From the NCBI GenBank assembly GCA_002633005.1, contig NMRA01000093.1, positions 886,505 through 950,504 on the forward strand: a stretch of 64,000 bases of DNA, in the 5' to 3' direction. The notes under the pieces are model-generated. The model was not told the origin of the DNA. It made no database searches and was given only the letters and a program-made list of their open reading frames with translations. Shown here in pieces: positions 55,201 to 62,906 of this stretch. Source of the DNA: Phoronis australis. Its lineage: Eukaryota; Animalia; Phoronida. Numbering within the stretch: the stretch's first letter is position 1; each line of letters opens with the position of its first letter. The translations under genes and the position numbers were made by a program.

Positions 55201-57053
55201 ATCGAACGTATTCCAGCTCCGACACGAACACATGATCAATCAGAATACCAGTCACCACAACATGGAAATGTTCAGTTACAACTTGATGAAAGTTCAAAAA
55301 CAGTGTCAGTTCAGGTCACACCGTGAAATTCACCCTGCCCCTTCAATCAATGTTCAAATACCAAACCATCACAATCAGCATGGTTCTGTTGATTAAGATT
55401 TCAAAACATTATGTTAGATCAGCATAAGTACTTGGGGAACTGTAGACATTTAAAACAAGAGGAGGTTTGGCCCTGTTGAACAGTATCGATATACACACAA
55501 TTTCCATACCACCCCCTTCGAAATCAAGTTCCCCTTTCATGGAATTTAAGCTCAGGCATAAGTTGCAACATCTTCATGACAATTACCATCAACGCAATCG
55601 CGCGGTTCAAGTTTGAAATCCGGAATTATGTTTTCTGGTCATATACATTTAAAATTGACGACAGCCATTGATGTGTCTTGAAAACAGAGACAGTCAAGTT
55701 GTACTGATACCTCAGATATTCTGTAATAAATACTTCTTATATTACACAAACACAATTACGGGTAAGCTTGCAGGCCAAAATTTCGATTATGACACCATGA
55801 CAGAAAATAGTTTACAAGGTGGCCGCCTCGTATTGACTAAGAGGAAGCTAATGAGTGTAAGATAATGGTTGCATGCGAATGAAGTCACTCATCCTCTGAG
55901 GTCCAGAGTGTATCATCTTCACACCCGTACAGTGTATAATTTACGGATGAAAACAAGATTTAACACCTCAAATGCCACGAAGAAGCTTCGGAGAATGTTC
56001 ACTGGTCAACTGCTGAAATTGTTCCAAGATGGCACCAGTTTACTATTCTCCTAAACCACAGGGGCAATGGTAGTTATTTTCGAGCAGTCTTAGAACTGAA
56101 ACTATGAGTGACTTTTCAATACTTAAACTGGAACGATAGAGAATTCAAATACCCACCACAGAGCTTGCAGGCTTTGCTACAATGCTTCTCCATGTGTTCT
56201 TTGTACTTTGCTTCTGTACAGCGGCCAAGACCAGCCCAAGTCTTGCAGTAACTCATTTCGTCCTGGCACTCTGCGTATTATTTTTTTACATAATTTCACT
56301 GATGAAAGGAATGCATTGTACATTAAATATTAATATGTATATAAGTTGTAGCCAAAAACCCTATATAATGTGTCGTTAAATTAACTTCCAACGTTACTGA
56401 CTCGGGTGTAAAGCATAAACAAGATCGTAAAACGTAGGCAACACAAGACACGATGTTTAACTGTGCGACAATAGCATTATGAATTTTAATGCACCTTGTA
56501 ACGGATATCTGACAACCCGACCCTGTATGGAATTATACCATGGGATTTGAGAAGCTTGTTGATACAAAATTGTGAACCTGCATGAAGGATGCATGCTCGG
56601 GCTACTATCGACGGCATTTTGAGACTACGGGCTACAAGTAAGTGAGACGGTCGTGGTATCCATGTACTGTGCATCTGGTATGGTGAGAGTTGCAACGATG
56701 ACGGGCGCTGCACCTGTCCGGCATAGCCAAAAAACTTAAAAAGCAATCATTCAGAAAGCCTTGTATGGTTGCATGAAATAGTCCAAAAAAGAACTTCTCT
56801 AATTTTTCAAGCACGTACATGTAGAAAACGTTAGTTAATTCGAAGATATTAGAAACATTAAGAAAATGTGTGTTTTCTTAAACGACGTAGGATTCTGTTA
56901 TATATGTAAATGTATATTACTCACTTTTGCCACCGCCTCCGCCACAAAGAAGGCAGGATTTCCTGCAATTCTCTGACATGTATATTTGGAATTTTCCAGT
57001 ACAGAACCCCTCTTTACTCCAATATTCACAGGATTGGCTTTTGTCCATGCAAT
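19106..57053 (-). CDS. Multi-ShKT-domain protein gene, spliced: 23 intact one-domain exons plus 5 pseudo-exons; 5' and 3' ends not found
   Basis: Each exon encodes C-x-[DN]-x4-C-x8-C-x11/12-C-x3-C-x2-C (ShKT spacing). All are phase 1-1. Most share an acceptor context resembling aaattcctttccattacgcag, and the introns are homologous. Confidence 0.92.
20479..20605 (-). pseudogene. Decayed ShKT pseudo-exon
   Basis: Acceptor ccatacgcag is retained. The 3' half reads PYKIYIAKDYTKPSKLSGDDGGDE versus consensus YKEYMAENCTKTCNLCDGGGGDE. Cysteines lost, frameshifted, donor mutated. Confidence 0.7.
21131..21250 (-). CDS. ShKT exon 22 (ORF intact, acceptor damaged)
   Basis: ETCKDNNANCWSWSQSGYCTRRIYRAYMRANCKRSCNLC; GTAAGT donor; the only in-phase acceptor is acaaag, with no pyrimidine tract. 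Confidence 0.75.
22330..22590. repeat. Degenerate low-complexity repeat (ttggta...tacc motifs)
   Basis: tacccatttggta / gtactcacttggca-like motifs recur. Confidence 0.4.
22785..22915 (-). pseudogene. Decayed ShKT pseudo-exon
   Basis: YQDKHKNCYNSARHG* then a frameshift, ending in the GAC GGC GGT GGC GGT GAT GAA linker. A LINE is inserted in its acceptor region. Confidence 0.7.
22931..24135 (-). mobile_element. 5'-truncated non-LTR retrotransposon (CR1/L2 group), C-terminal reverse transcriptase plus 3' UTR
   Basis: ORF 23149-24129: GPLLFIIYMND, YADDT, LNATKTKFMVF, LGVTINENLLWSPHI. 3' UTR stem-loop at 23007-23043, AATAAA and a (TAC)n tail at ~22931. Confidence 0.93.
24888..24998 (-). CDS. ShKT exon 21
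   Basis: CKDKDISCKQWSEYRYCTGRYEKYMRANCKRACNLC; ttccattacgcag / GTGAGT; 111 nt. Confidence 0.92.
25600..25737 (-). CDS. ShKT exon 20
   Basis: CEDKQKDCDLWASRQYCTHKSYKKQMAENCPKACGLCGVGGGVGE; ttgttacgcag / GTGAGT; 138 nt. Confidence 0.92.
26561..26674 (-). CDS. ShKT exon 19
   Basis: CKDRHRFCQYWTDNGFCTDTRYAKKLAWTCVKACKHC; ccattatgcag / GTGAGT; 114 nt. Confidence 0.92.
27061..27174 (-). CDS. ShKT exon 18
   Basis: CTDKHKNCRIYAGRGYCTSRKYGEWMAFHCTRSCNLC; ccattacgcag / GTGAGT; 114 nt. Confidence 0.92.
28018..28925 (+). pseudogene. Tyrosine recombinase pseudogene of a DIRS-type retrotransposon
   Basis: Across frameshifts: DTRLPITPEIL, FRISEL (catalytic R), SSKTEKQG, GGKPLTRY, YG*HSFRISAATAA (HxxR), GRRS..TYRHI. 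Confidence 0.85.
29752..29860 (-). pseudogene. 5'-deleted ShKT pseudo-exon
   Basis: CEELAAKGNCTNKEYKEFMAENCTKTCYLCDGGGDK. The acceptor AG and the first Cys segment are deleted (5 Cys remain); GTGGGT donor remains. Confidence 0.85.
30384..30515 (-). CDS. ShKT exon 17
   Basis: CTDSSTDCKDFAAKGYCTDEEHKEFMAENCTKTCNLCDGGGGE; ctaaatgcag / GTGGGT; 132 nt. Confidence 0.88.
30820..30951 (-). CDS. ShKT exon 16
   Basis: CTDQATDCEDLAAKGYCTNEEHKEYMAENCTKTCNLCDGGGDE; ccattctccag / GTGTGT; 132 nt. Confidence 0.88.
32065..32111 (-). pseudogene. Truncated ShKT pseudo-exon (3' part only)
   Basis: Only TKTCNLCDGGGGGGN remains, joined directly to mid-intron sequence (gttctgctgcccaatgc). Confidence 0.85.
32737..32877 (-). 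CDS. ShKT exon 15
   Basis: CADKATDCEDLAAKGYCTTEEHKEYMAENCTKTCNLCDGGGSGGNE; cattgttcag / GTGGGT; 141 nt. Confidence 0.9.
33800..33940 (-). CDS. ShKT exon 14
   Basis: CTDQATDCEDLAGKGYCTNEEHKEYMAENCTKTCNLCDGGGGGGNE; cattattcag / GTGAGT; 141 nt. Confidence 0.9.
35073..35213 (-). CDS. ShKT exon 13
   Basis: CSDQATDCEDLAEKGYCTNEEHKEYMAENCTKTCNLCDGGGGGGNE; cattgttcag / GTGGGT; 141 nt. Confidence 0.9.
36150..36290 (-). CDS. ShKT exon 12
   Basis: Same peptide as exon 14; cattattcag / GTGGGT; 141 nt. Confidence 0.9.
37422..37562 (-). CDS. ShKT exon 11
   Basis: CSDQAIDCEDLAEKGYCTNEEQKEYMAENCTKTCNLCDGGSGGGNE; cattgttcag / GTGGGT; 141 nt. Confidence 0.9.
38481..38621 (-). CDS. ShKT exon 10
   Basis: CTDSSADCEDLAAKGYCTHEEHKEYMAENCTKTCNLCDGGGGSGNE; catttgcgcag / GTGGGT; 141 nt. 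Confidence 0.9.
39100..39226 (-). pseudogene. Frameshifted ShKT pseudo-exon
   Basis: CTDSSTD* (a small deletion creates TGA), then out-of-frame LTSKGYCTNELHKKFMAENCTKTCDLCDG. Acceptor changed CAG to AAG and the donor is deleted. Confidence 0.85.
39583..39723 (-). CDS. ShKT exon 9
   Basis: CTDSSTDCEELAAKGYCTNEEYKEYMAENCTKTCDLCDGGGVGGDE; cttttacacag / GTGTGT; 141 nt. Confidence 0.88.
39808..41269. mobile_element. ~1.46 kb TTAA-flanked insertion (Kolobok-like, non-autonomous)
   Basis: It interrupts the shared intron consensus (…ttaa|gttgacaagttctagcc, compare 43800-43825). Ends are TTAA|AGA…TCT|TTAA; the TIR is otherwise weak. Confidence 0.5.
42415..43490 (+). mobile_element. Young Kolobok-like DNA transposon with ~155 bp TIRs, TTAA TSD and a THAP zinc-finger ORF
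   Basis: TTAA|AGGCGAAGGCAACC…GGTTGCCTTCGCCT|TTAA. ORF from 42680: MPHCCCVPRC…LHRFPMD…RRTW…RVCGKHF…LKKDAISSV. The N at 43320 may hide internal sequence. Confidence 0.9.
43582..43722 (-). CDS. ShKT exon 8
   Basis: CTDSSTDCEDLAAKGYCTNEQYKEYMAENCTKTCDLCDGGGGVGEE; ctattatgcag / GTAGGT; 141 nt. Confidence 0.9.
45607..45738 (-). CDS. ShKT exon 7
   Basis: CTDNSPVCEKWAAEGYCTSEPYKEYMAENCTKSCNLCEDGGDE; tttcatacgcag / GTGGGT; 132 nt. Confidence 0.92.
45790..47130. mobile_element. Decayed relative of the 10374-12221 element
   Basis: Plus-strand LRPYKIDPPASE (~46210); 45920-45995 resembles 10520-10600. Minus strand 46830-46966 gives THAP-like CSN…FPK/…QKWHRFVRETREW. Boundaries are approximate. Confidence 0.55.
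48038..48200 (+). pseudogene. Degenerate THAP-like fragment of another transposon family
   Basis: MPRCVVY…NGIHVHLHNFSTDPTVYHAWR*FVS…KICA. A Kolobok-like end (…TATTAGGCCT|TTAA) lies at ~48521. Confidence 0.45.
50334..50456 (-). CDS. ShKT exon 6
   Basis: CEDKMEECTLWAAVGSCTVEKYKILMDTVCPKACKRCGGE; ctattacgcag / GTGAGT; 123 nt. Confidence 0.92.
50863..50991 (-). CDS. ShKT exon 5
   Basis: CKNRHPFCGYWAGVGECLNSQYKAYMDANCPKACELCIGGPE; tctttacgcag / GTGAGT; 129 nt. Confidence 0.92.
51324..51437 (-). CDS. ShKT exon 4
   Basis: CQDGSNNCEAWADLGYCTHQRYNTYMSKKCPRACDLC; ttcgttacgcag / GTGAGT; 114 nt. Confidence 0.92.
51940..53846 (+). mobile_element. Older, decayed copy of the THAP Kolobok-like element
   Basis: Eroded left TIR (gcaaccttttt…) at 51940, frameshifted THAP from 52908 matching 42680 onward, right TIR at ~53750-53846. 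Confidence 0.8.
52000..52805. mobile_element. MITE-like insertion nested in the left TIR of the above element
   Basis: ACCG…CCTAAAGTCGTG at the left (repeated at ~52206) and two inverted copies ACGACTTTAGG ending ACGGT at the right. Confidence 0.65.
54192..54305 (-). CDS. ShKT exon 3
   Basis: CKDKDTACEDSARLGYCSDERFKEKMAENCTETCNLC; tatattacgcag / GTTAGT; 114 nt. Confidence 0.9.
56157..56270 (-). CDS. ShKT exon 2 (weak, A-rich acceptor)
   Basis: CQDEMSYCKTWAGLGRCTEAKYKEHMEKHCSKACKLC; aaaaaaataatacgcag / GTGGGT; 114 nt. Confidence 0.85.
56925..57053 (-). CDS. ShKT exon 1 (most 5' visible)
   Basis: CMDKSQSCEYWSKEGFCTGKFQIYMSENCRKSCLLCGGGGGK; ctattacccag / GTGAGT; 129 nt. Confidence 0.92.
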
Positions 57054-57636
57054 CTGGGTAATAGAAAGGAATTTGGTGTTAACTGTTCTGGACGCCATTT
57101 CACAAATAATGCGAATAATTATATTGTATAATGAATCTTACTCACATAAGTTCTAGACAGAAATCCACTGCAATTTTCAGCTAAAGAGTACTGAGATAAA
57201 AAGCCTGGCAGCGAATTCACCAAGTGCACATGAAGTAGACAGTGGTATGATAAAGGTATTAGCGCAATAGCACAAGCATCGAATGCATTGGGTGACAGCG
57301 TGAAATCCTACTATGTTCATGGAATTCGCTACTGAAGATGGTTCCGTTCAAGAAGTTGTTCGTGTGTCCTTCTAAGTGGGGGTACGTGCAGTCACGGATA
57401 CGACACCCGATTAGTCTATCACAATTTTGCCACCTTCGCGGAATTCCCGACCGAATTCCAGCATTTTTTTAAGTATCAGACATATGTATTTCTACTTTGC
57501 ACCACTTTGTCATTCGCCCAGGATGTAAAAATATACGTACTCACTGTTACACCACAATATTAGCCTCGAATGGCAGATATAACCGTGTAATAACCCATAA
57601 AGTTATCTCACTAGTGAGATAACATTTTGACGGGAA

Positions 57637-57708
57637 ACCAATGCCGGATTCGAACCCGGGCCTCAAACGTTTCGAGTCGCCGACTTTACCACTACACCAC
57701 TCAGCGGC
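57637..57708 (-). mobile_element. tRNA-derived SINE head or tRNA pseudogene
   Basis: A box TGGTGTAGTGG and B box GGTTCGAATCC; loop CT-CGA-AA; T-stem and acceptor stem are imperfect. Confidence 0.65.
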
Positions 57709-57849
57709 TGACGTCATCGAACGTGAAAATAGAATACTTAAATGAGCACGCGCAACAATCGCATGTTCAGCAAAGGGCATTGCACCGACATTTATACGCT
57801 ATGAAAAATAAAACTCATAATTGCCCTAAAAACGATATTTTAATTCAGT

Positions 57850-57915
57850 CGTGGATTTTGGAGAATTATCACCCTCGGGGCTAACGCCCCTCGGGCGACA
57901 ATTCTCCAAAATCCA
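57850..57915. repeat. Long hairpin (centre of a MITE-like element)
   Basis: GTGGATTTTGGAGAATT…AATTCTCCAAAATCCAC arms with a partly paired interior. Confidence 0.75.
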
Positions 57916-58959
57916 CTCGGGCTATAGATAACGGGGGATAACGACTTCGCCATGTAATAATCTATATTAATTAACCAGTTGTGTCGTAACACATCCCACT
58001 TCGTGTGAGAAAATGACGAATTGTACCTAATGAGCGTGATAAAAGCAGGAATATACTTAGCAACTCGCCCAGTCGCCAATGCGACCAGAAACGGTGCATT
58101 AAAAAACATAGACGCAGTGCGCTCGAATAGAGCCAGTGGATGATAAGATTAATGTGATTCGTCCAGACGAAACGTCACAGTGAGTGAAAAAAAATTGAGA
58201 AAACAATACTCTGGGGGCTTACCGGTGCACGGTTGGTACTCGAAATAGCGGCGATGTTTATTTGTGACTAACTACAAGTACGTGAAGATCCTAAATGGGA
58301 GCGCGGTTTCAAAGTTTCGTTGGCGACCGACGCGAAAGTTGAATTAGCGCTCTCTGAATGATTCTTGGGTTTGAGTATCTAAGTATGCATCTTGATATTC
58401 ATGAAGGAAAAAATACAGGTTGGAAAAATACCCGTGAATTTTTTCAAGGATTGGTCTACCAAGTGATTGTCAACAAAGTCGTCAAACAAAGATAACTCTT
58501 ACGTGCAACAAACAACCGTCTTTTGTTCACGGTGCAAATTTTGGAACTCCACCAAATGAAAAACATGCTGTCGAAAAAATTCGTTTGCTTAGCCGAATGA
58601 CATATTGATGCGCGAGTGAGCAAATCAATGCAAATGTCACGACAAAAATCTTTTAATTGATATGTTGTTCACAGACTTATTAAAAAATTAGTTTTGCATG
58701 AAATGAAGTCTTGAAATATTTGTGTTCTCGCAGATTTCCATGCTCAGGTGAGTCGAGTTTGCTCCTTTATCACTGAATACCAGATCAGGACGAGATTTTC
58801 TGCCTCAAGCAATTTGGTTTTGCTCAGACACAGAACATCGTTTTATTCTAAGTACTTCTTTATTCAGACCATCAAACAAAGGAAAAAAATTGCCTAATAG
58901 TCTTAAGGATGCTGATAGTTATGATAATTTCAGACACCACCTCATCAGTTACCTGTGGT

Positions 58960-59222
58960 CGTCCCTCCTTCTTGTCTTTCCAATATATTTACCAAAAATT
59001 CTTATTTATTTATTTATCTTTAATTCAGTTTGTTTATCCAATTTGTAAATACTAGTTTATGTAATGTATCTTATTGTATCTTAATTTAATCTGTTTATCT
59101 AATTTAAATTAATTTATTTATTTTCTTGCTGCAGAGGACCATGCTGGATATTAGCCTTTGGCTAAAGCATGTTTTACATATATTTTATTTTTGTCCTCTT
59201 TAAATAAACTTTATTATTATTA
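58960..59222 (+). mobile_element. Extreme 3' end of a LINE/SINE (stem-loop, AATAAA, (TTA)n tail)
   Basis: Nested stems AGAGGAC/GTCCTCT, CATGCT/AGCATG and TTAGCC/GGCTAA, followed by AATAAA and TTATTATTATTA. Confidence 0.6.
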
Positions 59223-60511
59223 ATATAATAAGTCCCACAATACGGAAAACTTTGGTCAGTCGCGACCAATAACTGGTGTTACAGTCAAGCCGGAATTTGG
59301 GGTTTTAACAATGAGAAAAGACGGGTTCGTTTGAAAAATGGATTTGCTCTCGCGTTGAACGAGAGTATGTGACTGTGTTTTTAGACTGCATAAGTGCCAA
59401 TTTCAAACCACGCGGTCGTTTTTGGCAGGAGTCGCTTACAGATCACTATGTAATCGGCGACAACTGCCAATACAACCACAGGCGTTGTGACTCGAAGTTG
59501 ACCCTGTTTCGGCATTCTTTTAATTCGATTCTGTACAGCAAACTTGGTTTATGGGGGTGACTGTGTGTGCCGGTATCCTAACCAACTAGCCTTGTAGCCA
59601 CCCGGAATAACCTTGTTTCCAGTAGACCTACACTGTACTTCAGACGGAACAACTTTGTTTCCAATTGATTCTCAAAAATCTACGACGCGGTCGACTGACG
59701 GAAAATTAGAGGAGATGGAGAGGGTGGGGGAGGGTGAAGCTAAAATATTCGTTAATTACCAGTTCGCACCACCCCATTCAGTTGCAATAGCTGGCTAAGG
59801 ACATGGCATAACGGAACTTGATAATCGAGCTGAGGAAACATCAAGACAGGCGAATAATGAGTAAGGGTATAATCGAACCCTTTGGACTTTATAAATGAGT
59901 GTTGGGTGTGTCCTTTCGAATTAGCTAGCGGGACTAGGAGTGCTGTTCCGTAGTTGAAACTAGAGGATGCGGAAAATAATTTGGCGTTCAATGATATTTC
60001 CAAGAACTGATTATGCTGTTTCTTGATATCGTAGCAGCTTTGCTGTTGTCACTGTAAGGACGCCTGGACGTTTCGCTCCTGTGGAGAAACCTTACGCTTT
60101 ATACTCCGATTAAAAGCCAAAAATAGCCATTCCCACTAACCGACGCTCCCTAAGCAATGACGCGCCGACGTTAGTGGGAAAGGACTCGCAAGCAAGAGTT
60201 AAAACGGTTACTTCGTAACTAAGCTATAATGATTACAGGCAAACTTTAGAAATTGAATCTGCGTAAATTTTCGTTTCGATGAAGTTTTAAAATTGCTGTT
60301 ATATAGTTTTGCCATTGTTATCAATGCACACTTAATTGAAACTGACTGTAAGGACCAACCGTACATGGAAACCCGAAAAATCGGACAACGTTCGTCGAAG
60401 AATACTTTTGCACCTCGAACACCTCTTATTCGGACGTATAATAAGACATTAACGGAAAGTCTTGTTCAATTGATTTAGAACAGATGCATAAACAGCATAT
60501 CAAAAGTATCG

Positions 60512-62236
60512 CAAAACAACCCCACCAGTCGATCAGCTGAGATATTGGAACCCCTCCTGTTCTCGAGTTATTAACATTCATCGGTGGTTCAAAATTACGT
60601 CGTAAAGGAGAGAACATGTCACAGCGTTAGTCATATTCCATTGTGAAAAGTAGTGAATCTGTTACAAATATTTCCCGATTTAGTGAATAATGAATAATGA
60701 AAAGTTGCCTTTGTGGTGCTTGGGAAAAATCAGGATTTGAGCCTGCTGTTCCCCTTTTTACTTTCATGTCGGACATTCCACGAAGCGCGGATATGGCACT
60801 ACTTTGTGCAACAAACTTGCGTGTGGAACAAGACCGGAGAACAAGATATGATGACGTTTGAGGCCTCAGTGATTTGATTGAATCATTTTTGCAACACCTC
60901 TTCGCATCAGTGTGGGGTTCACCAAAGTGCAAGAGGTCTAGACTGTGTTGAGGAGTTATGTAAAATAACATTCAATTTCACAAAACTAAGCAATTCACTT
61001 AAAGGCCTTCATGTGGGGTTTTGACAGCTTAGTCTGTTGATATTTTTTCTTGATTAATTCTGACTGAGTTTCTGAAACGCAAGTGATAACTGGGCTTAGA
61101 ATGCCGAACTGTGATTACAAAGATTCCCTATATACTTACATACAGGCGGTGTTGTTTTCATAACATGGCACAACTTTTAAAATCAAGATTTCATTTTTGA
61201 CAAAAGTACATTGACAGCAAAAATACCCCGTAATTGATTTCCATTAAGCCTTTTTACATGAAATCTTTCCAACATCACTCAAAATCCTATTAGGTATTTT
61301 CGATTGATTATTTAATTTGGTTTTTACACCAAGTTATCTCGTAAAAACAGCGGTTTATTCGTCTATGCCGCAGTGTCATAAAACTAGGATTTTAAAGTAA
61401 TTAAAGCCATCATTTATCTTGTTTTTAAGAAGTGACTAAATTGTCGGCATCACTAAAGCAGTCCACGAATTTAACATCCCAAAAACAAGAAAATAGATGA
61501 CAGCAGAATGTTTCTTATCTCCACTCAGTGCTGCAGTGGCAAAATTAGAGTTAAGTAGGCGCCCAGAGCTCCCCCCGTATCATCTTGAACACTGAACGTA
61601 ACTTACTGTGCGTAGGCGCTACGTTCAACTGCCAAAAGGTGGTTGGCTGTGCCTACCTGCACCTACGCCCCACTAAAGCACTGGCTCTACGGGCATGAAT
61701 GAGACCCACCACCAGTGTGTAATGTGCACCACCAGTGTGTCATGTGCACCACCAGTGTGCCACGTCCACCACCAGTGTCCCACGTCCACCACCCGTGTGC
61801 CATGTCCACCGCCAGTGTGCCATGTCCACCAACAGTGTCCCACGTCCACTGCCAGTGTGCCATGTCCACCGCCAGTGTGGTATGTCAACCCACATGCAAG
61901 TTCTTACTTTAAACTGATGCCATATGTTGTTTTCTGACGTACCGCGAGAAAGTGAAAAGAACCATGGTGTGCTAAGATAGCGAGTTGTCCCAACCATCAG
62001 AAATGCAACCCCTCGCCTCTCTTTATTATAACGAAAACAATGGGTACACAAGCAGCAACATGTGACGACTTCACGGTTCACACATGGGAGGTGACCAACG
62101 CCGTGATGGTATGTTTATAGTCTAATCAATATATATCAACCAAGAAATGCTAACGCCTTATTATCAAATTAACACATTGCCAAATTGTTTTCGGGTGTTC
62201 TCGTTTGACAGTTGATAGACTGGTGGGGTTGTTTTG
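60512..62236. mobile_element. ~1.7 kb segment bounded by 28-bp inverted repeats
   Basis: CAAAACAACCCCACCAGTCGATCAGCTG (60512-60539) versus the inverted copy at 62209-62236, 2 mismatches. Confidence 0.55.
61707..61886. repeat. 20-bp minisatellite, ~9 copies
   Basis: Unit CACCACCAGTGTGCCATGTC; it explains the repetitive ORFs on both strands. Confidence 0.92.
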
Positions 62237-62780
62237 TTGCTTTGATGTGAACTTACACTTTAAAGAAAAAATCTTTACATCGGTTTTGCGATTGATAATA
62301 AATAATATAAAAGTGGAAATTTTCAGTGAAAACCACCAAGCAGTGTTCGAGAGCTTGTGTCCCTAAATTCAAATTAAGTTGATTTCCTCAAGACGAGAAA
62401 AAGCGGAAAACAGTCTCTCAGTTTCCATTAAATACTAGGTGAAAAAATGTTGTTGGTCAACATAACATATAGTGTAGATGCCTCAACCTTGTTCGTTATT
62501 TTATTATTCAGCTGCAATATCAACAGAATAATTGTCACTGAAACTTTCAAACATCTTAGTCAGGTTTAGTGAGTCGAGTCAACCTAGGTGAAAGGCGGAG
62601 CCAAGGTGCTAAGTACGTTCCCATTTTATTGTAGTACACAATATATGAAGCACGAGCCGGAGATATAAAGAAACAAACTACGAAATGGACAATAAAATCA
62701 AGTCGTTGGTTAAAACGCGCATTGATCACGAGAACAAAACCGCGAAATTTCAAATTACCGATAAAATTGATGTACATTTA

Positions 62781-62906
62781 TTTTGGGCAGGAATTAATCT
62801 TTTTTTGGGCGCAGATTAATCTTTTTTGGGCGGGAATTAATCTGTTTGGGCGGGGATTAATCTTTTTTGGGCGGGGATTAATATTTTTGGGCGGGATTTA
62901 TCTTTT
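62781..62906. repeat. ~21-bp minisatellite, ~6 copies
   Basis: Unit TTTTGGGCGGGGATTAATCTT. Confidence 0.9.

Noticed and set aside
57637-57708. Functional tRNA-Ser(CGA)
   Set aside because: No long variable arm, and the T-stem and acceptor stem are mispaired. It fits a SINE head or pseudogene better.
60426-60617. Hydrophobic WWGCFAILLICCLCICS as the ShKT signal peptide
   Set aside because: It overlaps the 28-bp inverted repeat of a putative transposon, and has no suitably placed ATG or phase-1 donor.
61673-62081. His/Cys/Trp-rich repetitive ORFs on both strands
   Set aside because: They are translations of a 20-bp minisatellite whose period is not a multiple of 3.
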